Shown: positions 36,905 through 50,190 of the stretch, in pieces | How the letters are laid out: the number at the start of each line of letters is the position of its first letter | How positions within the stretch are numbered: the first letter of the stretch is position 1 | Origin: Cetorhinus maximus | Taxonomy: Eukaryota | Direction of reading: 5' to 3' | DNA length: 64,000 nt | Assembly (NCBI RefSeq): GCF_964194155.1 | Contig: NC_135901.1 | Coordinates: 33,790,001 to 33,854,000, forward strand | Made by a program: the position numbers and the translations under genes | The notes under the pieces: model-generated | What the model was told of the DNA's origin: nothing | Database searches by the model: none | The model's input: only the letters and a program-made list of their open reading frames with translations

Positions 36905-37130
36905 CCGGACCAATAGGAATAGGCGGGAGGGCCTGGAGGACCAAGTGGGAGCGGCTGGTCCTCCAGCCAATCAGAGTGAATGAGGGGCAGGGCCAGGCTG
37001 GCATTGAAGTATGCGCATTGCGGGTGCTGTATCGGGGTGAAGGCGGAATGAAGGCTTGACAGTGAAGCCAGCAAGAAAGGGCCGAGTGCAGGAGAGGAAT
37101 GGAGTCGCAGGGTGGACTGGGAGGGTTCAC
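36905..37130 (+). promoter_or_regulatory. ZNF promoter cassette (degenerate) for the pseudogene at 37214
   Basis: ccaat...ctggtcctccagccaatcagagtgaatgagggg...atgcgca, as at 24450-24560. Confidence 0.55.
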
Positions 37131-37213
37131 AGACGCCCGGTGTAGGACTCCAAACCCAGATTAGAAACCCCGGGGCCAAGTTTACACCGAGTGTTTGGAA
37201 ACTACTTTTCCAG

Positions 37214-39014
37214 GGGGTTAGAAGGGGAGGATTTACACAGAGCAAACTCAAACCAAGAGAAATGTTTGTCTCTTCTCAATTTCTATCCAATCTCAATACC
37301 CTTTCCTCATGCAGCATAGTTTGTTGTTCTCTTTGAAATTTGGTATCCTTGCATCTGTCCGGATAAGTGCAACAGGAAAACCTTCAATTGCATGTCTTTT
37401 TTCAACAATACTTAAATTCTGCATGAGAAATTTCGCAGTGAAACACAGCGAATTCACATTGAGGAGAGGCCATTCAGTTGCTCACAGTGTGGTAAGAGGT
37501 TCAGGACATCATCCCACTTGCTGAGACGCCAGCGCATTCACACTGATGAGAGACCTTTTAAATGCTCAGAGTGTGAGAAGTGCTTTAAAAGGTGTGGGAA
37601 ACTGATGTTCCATCAATTTGTTCACACTGACAAGAGACCGTTCAGATGTTTTCACTGTGAGACTGGGTTCAGGCAATCAAAAGACCTTAAGATAAAAGCA
37701 AAAAACTGCAGATGCTGGAAATCCAAAACAAAAATGAAAATACCTGGAAAAACTCAGCAGGTCTGGCAGCATCTGCAGAGAGGAACACAGTTAACATTTC
37801 GAATCAGTGTGACTCTTCAACAGAACTAAGTAAAAATAGAAAAGAGGTGAAAGATAGGCTGGTTTAAGTGGGGGTGGGGGGGGGGAGGGTAGAGCTGGAT
37901 AGAGGGCCAGTGATAGGTGGAGATAACCAAAAGATGTCACAGACATAAGGATAAAGAGGTGTTGAAGGTGGTGATATTATCTGAGGAATGTGCTAATTAA
38001 GGGTAGAAAGCAGGACAAGCAAGGTACAGATAGCCCTAGTGGGGGTGGGGTGGGGTGAAGGAATCGAAATTAGCTAAAAGGTAGAGATAAAATAATGGAT
38101 GGAAATACATTTAAAAATGATGGAAATGGGTGGGAAAAGAAAAATCTATATAAATTATTGGGAAAAGGGGGCGGGGGGGATCGGAAAGAGGTTGGGGATG
38201 GAGGAGAGAGTTCATGATCTAAAATCGTTGAATTCAATATTCAGTCCGGAAGGCTGTAAAGTGCCTAGAAGATGAGGTGCTGTTCCTCCAGTTTGCGTTG
38301 AGCTTCACTGGAACAATGCAGCAGGCCAAGGACAGACATTGGGCATGAGAGCAGGGTGGAGTGTTGAAATGGCAAGAGGCAGGGAGCTCTGGGTCATGCT
38401 TGCGGACAGACCAAAGGTGTTCTGCAAAGCGGTCACCCAGTCTGCCTTTGGTCTCTCCATTGTAGACCTTATTCAACTCAAGCGCTATTTGACACTAGGG
38501 AGAGACCAACACCTGCTCCAAGTGTGGAAAGGAATTCACTCAGTTGCCCCATCTGCAGACACAGACACACCGGCGAGTTCACACTGATGAAGCGTTTTAA
38601 ATGCCCAGCCTGTGTGAAGTGCTAGAAATGTTCCAGGGAACTGATGTCCCATCAACGTATTCACACTGACAAAAAATTGTTCAGGTGCTCTCACTGTGGG
38701 TCTGGGTTCAGGCGATCATCTGATCTCACTGTACACCAGTGGATTCACAGGGGGGAGAGACCGTTCTCACGCTCTGAGTGTGGGAAGGGATTTTGTTGTT
38801 CATCCACACTGCAGAGACATCAACGAGTTCAAAAGTATCAAGGCAAAATACGGCAGATACTAGAAATCTGAAATGAAAACAGAAAGTGCTGGAAAGACTC
38901 AGTAGTTCTGGCAGCATCTGTGGAGAGAGAAACAGAATTAACATTTCAAGGTCGTATAACTCTTCTTCGGAAGAGTCACATGGACTCAAAATGTTAACTC
39001 GAGTTCACAAATAA
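37214..39014 (+). pseudogene. ZNF pseudogene interrupted by three PLE insertions
   Basis: Acceptor ttttccag, leader, and decayed fingers at 37440-37689 and 38464-38837. PLE pieces at about 37290-37420, 37690-38463 and 38838-38999. Confidence 0.8.
37690..38463 (-). mobile_element. PLE family 1, 5'-truncated
   Basis: GETKGRLGDRFAEHL; 8-bp TSD agacctta (37682-37689, 38464-38471). Confidence 0.85.
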
Positions 39015-39128
39015 CTACAGTGATTGGATTTTGCTGTAAATCACATTTGGGACTGAACCATATTCATTGGGGTTTGTTTCTGCTGATATTAATGAACTCC
39101 AGCCAAGTTATAGACATTAATATTCTGG

Positions 39129-40012
39129 TTTTATGGCACATCGAATGGTAAATGCAGAGTTGTTCAAATTCCAGGGGGAAACTTGAGATAACTGCCACAA
39201 TTTATTTTGCAATTTGTAAAAGTTTCGAGGTGTGTGCCTTGAATTCAGTAGTAACAAGACCACCACGTCTTCTAGGTTTCTTACCAAACTAAATTAAACC
39301 TTTATTAATGGAAGAAATGATTTTAAATACATACACAGATCAACAAATTACTACCATGATAACTTCTAAATCCCCGAATTAATCTAACTCCCAGTTACAT
39401 TTTCGTTAAGGCAACAGTAAAACACATAGATTTTAAAAGGCCCAGGCAAAGAAACTTGAAACCCTGACAATCCAATTCAAAGTGAGTTTCCTTAACTTCA
39501 GTTCTTTGTAGACATCAGCTTGAGGCGTAGATTCTGAAGGCTTTTCACACTTCTTAGATCTTAAAATGCCTACCCTCACACACAGCCTTCGCTCCTTTAT
39601 ACATATTTTCCCCTTTGAATGCAAATTCCCATTGTTTCACTATGTCTTTGGACTTCATCTTTCTAATAATAAAAATCTCTTATAGTAGCAAGTTTACCAG
39701 TAATCTTTGGGAAAAATAAACATACTGTTTCTTAACTTCACCTGGCTAGGTAACACATTTCACCCCTCCTTTGTAAACAATGTAGTCTGGTTTATTTAAA
39801 AATGCAAATGTCATTTTACACCTTATGTCTACACCTTTACGCCCCATGTTTACCTATTTAACATTTCAAACGTACCTTATCTTCTAGTACATCAAAGCCT
39901 GCAGACCAGCTGCCTTTAATCCAATTAAGTCTCACACACACATACAGACACATCTCGACAGATACCACTATTTTACAATAAATTCCAATAACATTATTAT
40001 ATCTTCCTGACG
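39129..40012 (-). mobile_element. Solo LTR inserted in a ZNF 3' UTR
   Basis: Splits the conserved tattctggataaaagtc. 4-bp TSD CTGG, degenerate termini (ttttatg...cctgacg), minus-strand AATAAA at 39301. Confidence 0.65.
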
Positions 40013-40094
40013 CTGGATAAAAGTCAAATCAATCAGCTTTGTGTCAAACACAGTGTGTCGAGTCTTTTTATTATCTCTACATGTTAGTTCCGTT

Positions 40095-40735
40095 CCCTGT
40101 GTCTCCTACATCCTCACCTCCAACAGCAAGTATGAAAAGTTCATGGAGCTTCTTTGTCACTAAGGTTGAGACAATCTGATCAGCTGCCTCTGCTGCTTCC
40201 CTCCCTTCCACTAGTCCAACTGTCTCTAAAGATCCCCCTTGTCCGAGCCCTGAACTCACATCTCTCTCCAGTTTCTCTCCTACCTCTCCTCATGCCCTCT
40301 CATCTTGTCTCAGAGACCTGCCTTCAGTTCCCTTTGACTCCATTCCAGCTAAAATGCTGACCACTAAACTTCACCATGTTAGCTGATATTGATAATGGTT
40401 TTCTCTCTCTCTTCTGGTACTGTCCCTCTCACATTTACATCTGCCATCATCACCCATCCTAAAAAATCTATCCTGGGCCCCTCCTATTTCTCATCTACAG
40501 GCTACCATGAGGTGACATCATCCAAAAGCACCGTGTTAGTTTTCACATGTACACTGACAACGCCCAGCTCTACCTCACCACCATCGCTCTCCATTCCTCC
40601 ACTGTCACTAAATTATCAAACTGCTTATCCCACATTCAGTATTGGATGAGCAGAGATTTCCTACTTGTTAAGAATTGGGAAGACAAGCTTCAATCACCAC
40701 TACAAATTCAATTCCCTTACTACCGAGTTCATCCC
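40095..40735 (+). mobile_element. L2 fragments
   Basis: FHMYTDNAQLYL...CLSHIQYWMSRDFL. Confidence 0.65.
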
Positions 40736-40749
40736 CATGAACATAGGCA

Positions 40750-42535
40750 TATGTTCTCCTAACTTTGTCAAGCCAGGAATCTTTCTTCCTAAGAGAGAGA
40801 AGGAGCGCTATTCCTATAATATTCAATACATTTCTGAAGATTTTATAAAGTTATTAGACCCCATTCCAACTAAAATCTGTGATTTCTCAGATCTCCCCAG
40901 CTTGAGAAGGGAATGTCCTTATTGGTTTCTGACAGCTGATTTCTGACTAACCTCACTATTTCTAAGCTAAGAGCTTCTTATCCTAATTTTTTGATGACAA
41001 ACCATAGATAACATACTAAAGCTAGTAGAATGATCAGAATCAGCAATACAAACCCTTGAGCTGCCACCAAGAATAAATATCAAAACTTTTCCACTAAAAT
41101 GTGATAACTATCGACTATTCATCCTCCCCACCTGCCGATCATCTCACACAATTCTAAATTATTGGCATGTCGTAAATACATCCGGTTCAAACGAAAGTTC
41201 ATGCACGGACTTTAAAGATTCTCCAGCTCTCTGTTTGCCTGCATCCACCTTGTGGATATTTTCTAAATCCAGATTCTATTTCCCTCTTCCCATTAAGTTT
41301 TGCTCCCTCTGATACATAGCTGTGTGTTTAATTCTATCCTGAATGTTTGAAAGTCAGTTTCTCCATGGGGTATGTGTTAATGCCTTGATGATTTGAAATG
41401 TTGTCTCACTCTACTGTCCACATTAGTCACTCGATGTTGTTCCGTGGTTGAGTAGCTGAGCATGTCTGGGACCTGGTCTTCAGTGCAGTTTCACCATCCA
41501 TTTTCACATGTGACTTACTCCACAAGTAACAAATCACAACTGCACGCTCAGAACGGTCCCAAAATCATGCCACACTTGGAATCCGACATAAGCCACTCTT
41601 GACTTTCAGGTAATCTCACCAAAAGATTAGCAGAGTGTCTGTCTGAAGATGTTTGCTTATCTCCCCCTGCATGGTGCAAAGCCTCAGGTAGTGGCCAGAC
41701 TGTCACATTCAGTGTTTTTTTTCAAACATTCAGATACAAGGAAACATACATCCCCAAGAGAAAGCTATCTATTTACTCATCTCATCTACACTTTCTTGAC
41801 TTTCAATAGAATGGACTTGGATAAGAGCTTGATCTATTCTATTGAACTGTATCCAGGATGATTATTCCAATTCCCATTTGATGCTGTGATCTTTCTCTTT
41901 TATTCTAAGTGGGGCATCCCATGAATTACCATTCTATCTCATTCAGGTGCCCTTCAGGAACTTACTATCCAATTCAATATTCTCAGAATATGGTGTTTCC
42001 AAATCAGAGGCCAAAGTAACTTGCAATCAGTTTGGAGATCACCCCCATATCTCCCTTTCTCAGGCACTTTGCCTTGAATGAAATCAAATGGGATGAAACC
42101 AAATCTTTAAGGAGCAAAGTATTTAGTTCAAATTGTCACCAAGCTGTCAGTGTTTCGAGAAGCACTGCACAAATATTACAAATGTGCACAGTTGTATGAA
42201 TGTAACTTTCTTCAGATCAAAGACCAAACATTATTTTAAAATTTGTTTTGCCAAATCTTTCGCTATTTTTCTCAGTTTTGCCCAAATGTTTTGTTTTGTT
42301 TGTTCTTCAGGCATCTTTCCGCGTAGCTGTAATAAAACCGAAGGAAAATAAATCTAAAAAAAGTTACCTTTCACAGGTAAACAGAAGTTTCAAACTTCTG
42401 AAAACAGAAGAGTTAAAGAGGGTGGAGGTTCCCACATAACCTCAAGGCTGAAGCTTATCTTTAGGGAATCCAACTTATCGATGCCTTTTACAATTATACA
42501 AGTTCATTGTAATTCATATTTAAAGGTTTACTTTC
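40750..42535 (-). mobile_element. Probable highly decayed hAT/BED-type transposase
   Basis: Scattered minus-strand motifs in the expected order: VW...CNIC (BED-like, about 42230-42160), ACSCDLL (about 41540), WWQLK (about 41065), PSQAG...FS (about 40900). No long ORF. Confidence 0.35.
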
Positions 42536-42589
42536 ACTCAGTAATTATAACGTTTCACTTTTCTCAGCACAGAAGCTGACAGTATTTTT

Positions 42590-43560
42590 GATTCAATCCC
42601 AATCGTACACTTCTCTTGTAGCTGACGTATGGAGGAGATCATGTCCACTGTAGATCTGCCAGCACAGAAACCGCACTGTGCTTCTGGATACACTCTGTCT
42701 GCAAGTAGATGGAGTCTTTCAAGCATAACCTTAGTGAAGGTCATCCCCATGATGCTGAGGAGTGAGATGTCCCTATATTTTGTTGCAATCTCTTCTGTCA
42801 CCTTTGTTTTCTATACTGTGATGATATTTGTGTCACACGTGTCCTTTGGAATGGATCCTACCTTCCAACAGAGAAGGAGCAGGTCATGAAGATGTGGAAA
42901 TAGGTGGGACTTTCCGGGCTTAAGCAGTTCAGCTGGAATTTCATCCTTGCCGAGTGCCTTTCTGCTTGCTAAGCAATTAATGGCCTTACCAAGCTTAAGA
43001 GATGAAGGTTCCTCATCCAACTCAACCATGACAGGAAGCTGCAGGAGAGAGCCAAACGGAGACTGGGAGATGTCTGTCCCACGGGAGTACAGCTCACAGT
43101 CGTGTTCAACCCAGAGGGACATCTGTTTACTTCTGTTGGTGAGAACTTCACCATCTGCCGATTTCAGGGGGGCAACTTTGGTGATGGTCAGACCAAGCGT
43201 CCTCCTGATCCCATCATACACAGCACGTAAATTTCCGTTGTCACAGGCATTTTGGATTTCATGGCGTAGGCTGATCCAGTGTTTACTTGCACAGTATCTC
43301 CCTGTCTTTTGCATGACTGTCTTGGCTAATTTCAAATTACACAGTGTTCTAGCTGTTGGGTTTATGTTGTACATCAGGTAGACTTTGCTTTTTGCTTCAA
43401 TGACAGATTCATCTGTGCTGAGTAGGTCTCAACCAGCCTTTGTTGTGGTTGAATTTACCAAATGTTGCTGCTCAGGTGTCAGAAGTGATTCGACTCAGTG
43501 ACTTCCAAGATTCATCAATATCACTGTTGGTTGATGAAGTTTTTAATGATGTGCCTGTAA
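42590..43560 (-). mobile_element. RTE-clade LINE fragment
   Basis: PLKSADGEVL...WVEH...KAINCLASRKALGKDEIPAELLK; YRDISLLSIMG...PEAQCGFCAGRSTVDMI...QLQEKC. Confidence 0.8.
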
Positions 43561-43619
43561 AATATTTCACTATTTTATTTATGTTCCTTGATAATTAAAT
43601 TTCAAAATAAAAAAGGAAT

Positions 43620-44225
43620 ATAAATGTAGGGAAGTTTGAATGCAGCTCTACAGGGTCTTGAAGGGACCACATCTGGAATACTGTGTGCAGTTTAGTCTCC
43701 TTATTAGAAAAGGATATATTTGCATTCAAAGCAGTTCAGAGAAGGTTCACTCAACTCATTCCTGGGGTGAGGGGCTTGACTTATGAAGAAAGTTTGAACA
43801 AGTTGGGCTGTTACCCATTGGAGTTTAGAAGAATGTCAGGTGATCTTATTGAAACTTATAAGATCCTGAAGGTATTTGATAGGGTAGATAGCAGGAGGAT
43901 GATTCCACTTGTGGGAGGCACTAGAAATAGGGGACACAGTTTAAGAATAAGAGGTCCACCATTTAAGATGTAGATGATGAGAAATGTTGTTCTCTCAAAG
44001 GGTCATTGTTATGTGGAATTATTTCCCCAGAAAGCAGTGGAGGCTGGGTCATTGAATTTATTCAAGGCAGAGTTAGACATATTTTTGATAGACAACAGTC
44101 AAGGGTTATAGGGGAAGACAGGAAATTGCAGTTGAGACCACAAACAGATCAGCCATGCTCTAATTGAATGCTGAAGGAAACTCGAAGGGCTGAATGGCCT
44201 CCTCCTGCTCCCAAGTCTTTTATTC
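43620..44225 (+). mobile_element. CR1 LINE 3' fragment
   Basis: KAVQRRFTQLIPG...RRMSGDLIETYKIL plus tail. Confidence 0.8.
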
Positions 44226-44630
44226 CTAAACATCCAGTAATGGAGGTGTCACTGTGTGTAATGTGCAAGTCAGTAAGAATTGTCAGCAAGGATTAATCAG
44301 CACCTTCTAATTGGAGGTGTTAATCAGCGGAGCCTTTCAGACACTGAATTGTAGATTTTGCACCAAAGTTCGATTTGGGATTGAAGTAAAAGTTAATAAT
44401 TTCATTGAAATCGAGTTCCTGTTGAGAGTTCTTCAATTAAGGGGAAATATCACAGATGGCGCTTTGAAAAAGGGACAATGCAGCCCCGAAAATCAGTGAC
44501 ATATCCAGAGTATTAAACTCCAGCCTGTTATAGGGTTGCTAACATTAACAGAAACAAACCAAATATAGACAGACTTGAGAGTTCTGGACGTGATAACAGC
44601 AGCATTAACAGCAGAATCCAACCCCTTCAG

Positions 44631-45473
44631 TTATTTGTGAACTTGCTGGTGTCTCAGCAAACTGGATAGCCAATGGAATCCTTTCGCACACACAGTGCAA
44701 GTGAATGGCCTCTCTCCAGTGTGAACTCGCTGGTGGGCTTTGAGGTTGCCTGAATGCCTGAACTTCTTTCCACAGGAAGTGCAACTGAAGGGCTTCTCCT
44801 CAGTGTGAACTCGCTGGTGTATCAGACAGTGGGATGACTGAGTGAATCCCTTCCCACACATGGAGCAGGTGAATGGTTTCTCTCCAGTGTGAACTCGCTG
44901 GTGTGCAGTGATTTCAGATGAAGACCTGAACCTCTTTCCACAGTAACTGCAGCTGAATGATTTGTCTTCAGTGTGAATTCGCTGGTGTAATGCCAGGTTG
45001 GCTGACTGAGTGAAACCTTTCCCGCACACGGAGCAGGTGAACGGCCTCTCCCCAGTGTGAACTCGCTGGTGTTTCAGCAGGTGGGAGGACACAGTGAAAC
45101 CCTTCCCACACTCGGAGCAGGTGAACGGTCTCTCTCCAGTGTGAATTCGCTGGTGTTCAGTGAGGTGGGATGACTGCCTGAACCTCTTTCCACAGTAATT
45201 GCAGCTGAATGGCCTCTCCTCAGTGTGAACTCGCTGGTGTGACATGAGACAAGCTGACTGAGTAAATCCCTTGCTACAAACGGAACAGATGAATGGCTTC
45301 TCCCCAGTGTGACTGCGGTGATGGTTTTCCAGCAGGTATTGATAATTAAATCCTTTACCACAGTCCTTGCATTTCCATGGCCTCTCCCCAGTGTGACTGC
45401 GGCGATGAAATTCTAGCCGGGATGGATAATTGAATCCTTTTCCACAGTCCTCACATTTCCATGGTTTCTCCAT
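44631..45473 (-). CDS. Tandem C2H2 zinc-finger protein, class B, 10 fingers
   Basis: 280-aa ORF, acceptor ttttacag at about 45803, donor ccg|gtaaga at 46331. Confidence 0.92.
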   Translation of the reverse strand: MEKPWKCEDCGKGFNYPSRLEFHRRSHTGERPWKCKDCGKGFNYQYLLENHHRSHTGEKPFICSVCSKGFTQSACLMSHQRVHTEERPFSCNYCGKRFRQSSHLTEHQRIHTGERPFTCSECGKGFTVSSHLLKHQRVHTGERPFTCSVCGKGFTQSANLALHQRIHTEDKSFSCSYCGKRFRSSSEITAHQRVHTGEKPFTCSMCGKGFTQSSHCLIHQRVHTEEKPFSCTSCGKKFRHSGNLKAHQRVHTGERPFTCTVCAKGFHWLSSLLRHQQVHK

Positions 45474-46099
45474 TGTGCAGGTGTTCTTGTGCCTCTCCAG
45501 ATTGGAAAATCAGTTGAAACCTCGTCCACACACACAATATGTGTACAGTTTCCCCCACTGTGAATGCTGCAATGTTTTTTCAGGCCGTATAACTGGTTAA
45601 AGCTCTTTCCACAGCCAGTTCACTGTAACTCACACTCGGGTGTGAGTATCTTGGTGCTTTTCCAGCCACACTGATGTTTGAAATATTTTCCCACAGACAG
45701 AACAAGCATTTCTCCCTCCCCATTCAGGTCACTACTCAGTCAGATGCTGATGTGATGCTTGGTTTGAGTTTCACCTCTGTAAATCCTCCCCTTCTAATGA
45801 ACCTGTAAAAATTGTTTATAAAGGTCATCAATGTAATTACAGGATAGAAATTCAGAACAGACAATTTTAATTTCTCTGGAACATTTCTTTCCCACTTTTT
45901 TCTTTCATAGCTGTTTAAGTTTGTAAATCTCCCTGCTCCCTGTGGTGAAGCCCAATCCATCGCACCATTTATTTCCTCCAATCCAAGTTTTCTCCCTCCT
46001 TCCATTCTGGCTGGGGGTTCAGTGCGTGTGCAGTGTGAGAATACAATAAATCAGTCAATCATTTTCTCTCCTGGTCACTGGGACCCTGAGCCTCGCCCA

Positions 46100-46520
46100 C
46101 TGTCTTGCGTCACCATGACGGCCACGCATGCGCCCTGCGCTCCGCTGGAGCAAGATGGCGGCCGTTAACCTGGGCCTGTTCCCGGGTAAATGCCCCGGAG
46201 CTGCAGGTTTTTGTTGGGGGGGGTTGGTGGTGGTTGTGGCCTGCACTAGGTGTTAATGAGCCCTCCCCACCGCCTCCCCTCCCACCTGCCCGCCGGCCCG
46301 TCGGTTCCCCTCCTCCGTCGCCGTCTCTTACCGGCTGCCGAGCGACAAACAAAGCATCTCGCCATCGTCATCACTCACCCTGCGCATGCTCGGAACGCTG
46401 GGCGGCACTGCGCATGCCTACAGGAGCGCTGGGTACAATCCTATTCGCTGTTACTGAGGCTGCTCAGCTTCCGGCAGCCTGTTCCTGCGCATGCTCCGTG
46501 GGGGTGGGGGCGGAGCCCTT
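46100..46520 (-). promoter_or_regulatory. ZNF promoter and exon 1 for 44631-45473
   Basis: tgcgcatgc x3, GC box, donor at 46331, aagatggcggcc at 46152. Homologous to 1190-1540. Confidence 0.72.
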
Positions 46521-46705
46521 CTGATGGAGGTCGACCGTCTTCACACTCGCTGAGCTTTCCGGGTCGTGCTGCCAGACTCTATCCAATCAATAGTGGGAAA
46601 CGCCATGTGTCATCACCATTGAAAAATAAAATGGTCTTAAACAGTGAACATTATGCACTGCCACTGGTTACCTATCATGTACAAAATGAATGCATTAATA
46701 GCAAA

Positions 46706-48415
46706 GGTAAAAGCAAAATACTGTGGATGCTGGAAATCTGAGACAAAAGCAGAAAATGCTGGAAAAACTCAGCAGGTCTAACAGCACGCGCGGAAAGAGA
46801 AACAGAGTTAACGTTTCGAGTCCGTATGACTCTTCTTCAGAGCTAAAGAGAAGTAAAAATGTGATGAAATTTATACTGTTTAAGGGGGGTGGAGCAGGTA
46901 AAGCTGGATAGAGGGCCAGTGATAGGCGGGGACAAAGGAGAGATTGCTAAACATGTCATGAACGAAAGGACAAAGTGGGGGTTAATGGTAGTGATAAGGG
47001 CTAAAGGAGGTGCTGATAGCGGCATCGAGGTAAGAAATGTGATAAGGATAAGCACTCTGAAAAGAGCAACATGAACAAGTAAAAGATGGCCTTTGTGGGG
47101 GTGGGGTGGGGGAAAAAGATCGAAAATAGGATAAAAAGTGCAGATAAAACAATGAATAAATGAATAAAAATCAAAGGATAAAAATAAAAATGAACATTGA
47201 AAAAAGGGGCAAGGATAGAGGAGAGAGTTCATGGTTTGAAGTTGTTGAGCTCAATGTTAAGTCCGGAAGGCTTTAAATGGCCTAATCGGAAGTTGAGGTG
47301 CTGTTCCTCCAGTTTGCGTTCACTGGAACATTGCAGCAGGCCAAGGAAGGATTTGTGGGCATGATTGCAGGGTGGTGTGTTGAAAAGGCAAGCGACAGGA
47401 AGGACTGGGTCATGCTTGCAGACAGACCAAAGGTGTTCTGCAAAGCGATCACCCAGTCTGCGTTTGGTCTCTCCAATGTAGAGGAGACTGCATTGGCAGC
47501 AGCGAATGCAGTAGGCCTAATTGAAGGAGGTGCAAGTGAAGTGCTGCTTCACCTGAAAGGAGTGTTTGGGCCCTTGGACGGTGAGAAGGGAGGAGGTAGA
47601 GGGTAGGTGTTGCAGCTTCTGTGATTGTATGGGAAGGTGCCGTGGGAGGGGGATGAATTGTTGGGGGTGATGAAGGAGTGGATCAGAGTGTCCTGGAGGG
47701 AAAAGTCCCGATGGAATGCAAACTGTGGGGGGTGATGGGAAGATGCGTTTGGTGATGGCATCATGCTGGAGTTGGCGGAAATGGCGGAGGATGATCCTTT
47801 GGGGAGGCTGGTGAAGTGAAAAGTGAGGACACGGGGGACCCTATCATGGTTGTGGGAGGGTGAGGATGGTGTGAGGGCAGAGGCACGGGAGATGGGTCAA
47901 CCACAGTAGGTGGGAAACCTTGGTTAAGGAAGAAGGAAGACATGACAGAAGCACCGTTTTGGAAAGTGGCATAATCGGAACAGATGTGATGGAGGTGAAG
48001 GAACTGAGAAAATGGGATGGAGTCCTTACAGGACGCAGGGTGTAAGGAGCTGTAGTCGAGGTAGTTGTGGGAGTTGGTGGGTTTGTAATGAATATTGGTC
48101 GACAGTCTATCACCAGAAATTGAGACGGGGAGGTCAAAGAAGGGAAGTGTCGGAGATGGACTAGTGAAAGTGATGGAGGGGTGGAAATTCGAAGCAAAAT
48201 TAATAAATTTTTCCAGGTCCAGATGAGAGCATGAAGCAGCACCAAAACAGTCATCGATGTACTGAAAAAAGAGTTGGAGGAGGGGACCTGAGTAGGACTG
48301 GAACAAGGAATGTTCCACATATCCCATAAAGAGACAGGCATTACTGGGTCCCATGCGGGTACACATAGCCACTCCTTTTATTTACTTATTTTATTTAGTA
48401 ATTTTATTTTATTTG
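46706..48415 (-). mobile_element. PLE family 1, longest copy (RT C-terminal half, GIY-YIG region, terminal repeat)
   Basis: TRMGPSNACLFMG...FFQYIDDCFG...YKPTNSHNYL; IGETKRRLGD-like segment; 11-bp TSD ttaatagcaaa. Confidence 0.9.
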
Positions 48416-48800
48416 TTAATAGCAAATATACATTTTATTATTTTAAATACTTTCTTTAAAAATTTTATCATGTTTATCTAATTTTACTTAAAACTCAGAT
48501 TCATGGTCTGAAGGACTCTGTCCAGGCTGAAGTTCTGTTCCTGGCGCATGATCCTCCCCCAGATTGTCCTTCTAACCTGCAGCCATGTGCCATTATTAAA
48601 CACTCAGGTTGAAAAGAAATTTAAAACAGTGTGTTTTAAATGTAGCTGATTTATTTGACATTTCTACAGAATATTAAGCTCCAGTCCAGTTACAGGGATT
48701 ATTAACATCAGCAGAAGCAGACTCCAACTGTCGGAATGAACAATCTTCAGTCCTGGATGTGATTGACAGCAGCAAAAATAGCAGAATTCAATCCCTGGAG

Positions 48801-50190
48801 TCATCTGTGAGCTCACTGGTGTGTCACTAGATGAGATGACTGAGTGAATCTCTTCCCACATGCAGAACAGCCTCGAACCAGTATTGTTTGTATGTCAGCA
48901 GACCCGTTTTGTTCAAGGTCAGAACTTTGAACAGGTTTCTTATAAGTGTGAACAAGTTGATGGCACATCAGTTCCACAGAGCTTTTAAAACACTTCCTGC
49001 AACCCAGACATTCAAAAGATCTTCCATCAGTGTGAACTCACTGGTATGTCAACAGGTTGAATGAATTAGTGAATCTGTCCCCACACAGAGCAGGTGAATG
49101 ACCTCTGTAAAGAACCTATTTTTATTTTTTTTTGGACTGTTGCTTTAAAATTGGACTGTGGCTTTAAAAACTACCATGGCCGCAGTTTGAAAGACATGTT
49201 CACTGGCATAGGATGAGGAACATCTACAACGTTGCTATCCTGGAAGAGAGCGTGCTATAAAAGAACAGGATGGTGCTAGAAAGGAGTCCTGGACTAAAAG
49301 GAACTGCCTGACGACAACATTTTAATTGGTGCCTGACCAGGTGACCAGGGTTGTGTGTGGTAACAGTGCAGGCAGTACAGCTCCTAGCCTGCAAAGAGGG
49401 AAGACCTAAAACCTCTCGCTCTTGTGTTTGTAAGATTCCAGTGATTCTGCCATAGTAGCTAGCTGGCTATTCCTCATATCTCTGTAACCTGCTTTCTCTG
49501 AAAACCCCTGTCAAGAGGAAAAGGGAAGAAATCACCAGTAGAGACATTGAAAAGCAAGTTTTTCAACCAGTGAACCACAGACTGAAAGTGCTGGAGACCA
49601 CCTCGTGTCATCAACAACAAACTGCAAGGAATTTGGAAGGCATCAAGCAAAACGAACCCATCTAATCCTGTACACCGGATTGGTGCTATTGAGCTGTTTT
49701 ATCTCACCCTTAAAATCCATGTTTTGTGTGTCTAATGTCTGTGTGCGTGTGTTAGTGTAGAGGGGTTTAAGAAAGGGTAGAGTTTAAGTTATAGTGTTAG
49801 AAGTTAGCAGTTCATATTTCTTTCTTTTGCCTCTGGTTAAAGCCAATTTGTTCAATAAACAGTTATTTACTTATTAAGTTTACAAACCTGGTGCTCATAT
49901 TCTATTAACCTGAATTAGGTAGAGTTGGGGCAATCTGGTGGTTTGGTCAAACTTTTCACATTTCTCTCAGCTCGATGAACAATGGGGCTTGTTACAGCGC
50001 ACAATCCCCAGTGAGTCGGGACATCTCTCCCGGGTGTGAACTCACTGGTGTTGCAGCAGGATGGACAAACACCTGAGCCTCTTCCCGCACTGAGGGCAAA
50101 TGAATGGAGTGGAACCGGAGTGAATACACTGGTGAACCATCAGTAAATGTGGGTTTTTAAAGCTTTTTTCACAATCTAAGCATTTAAGTG
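48801..50190 (-). pseudogene. Degenerate ZNF array, paralog of 27590-28255, split by a solo LTR
   Basis: KCLDCEKSFKNPHLLMVHQC...[23 protein letters not shown]; continues at 48801-49105. Confidence 0.75.
49106..50023 (+). mobile_element. Solo LTR
   Basis: TGT...ACA termini, splits a ZNF linker, TSD cctc/tctc, AATAAA at about 49855. Confidence 0.8.
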
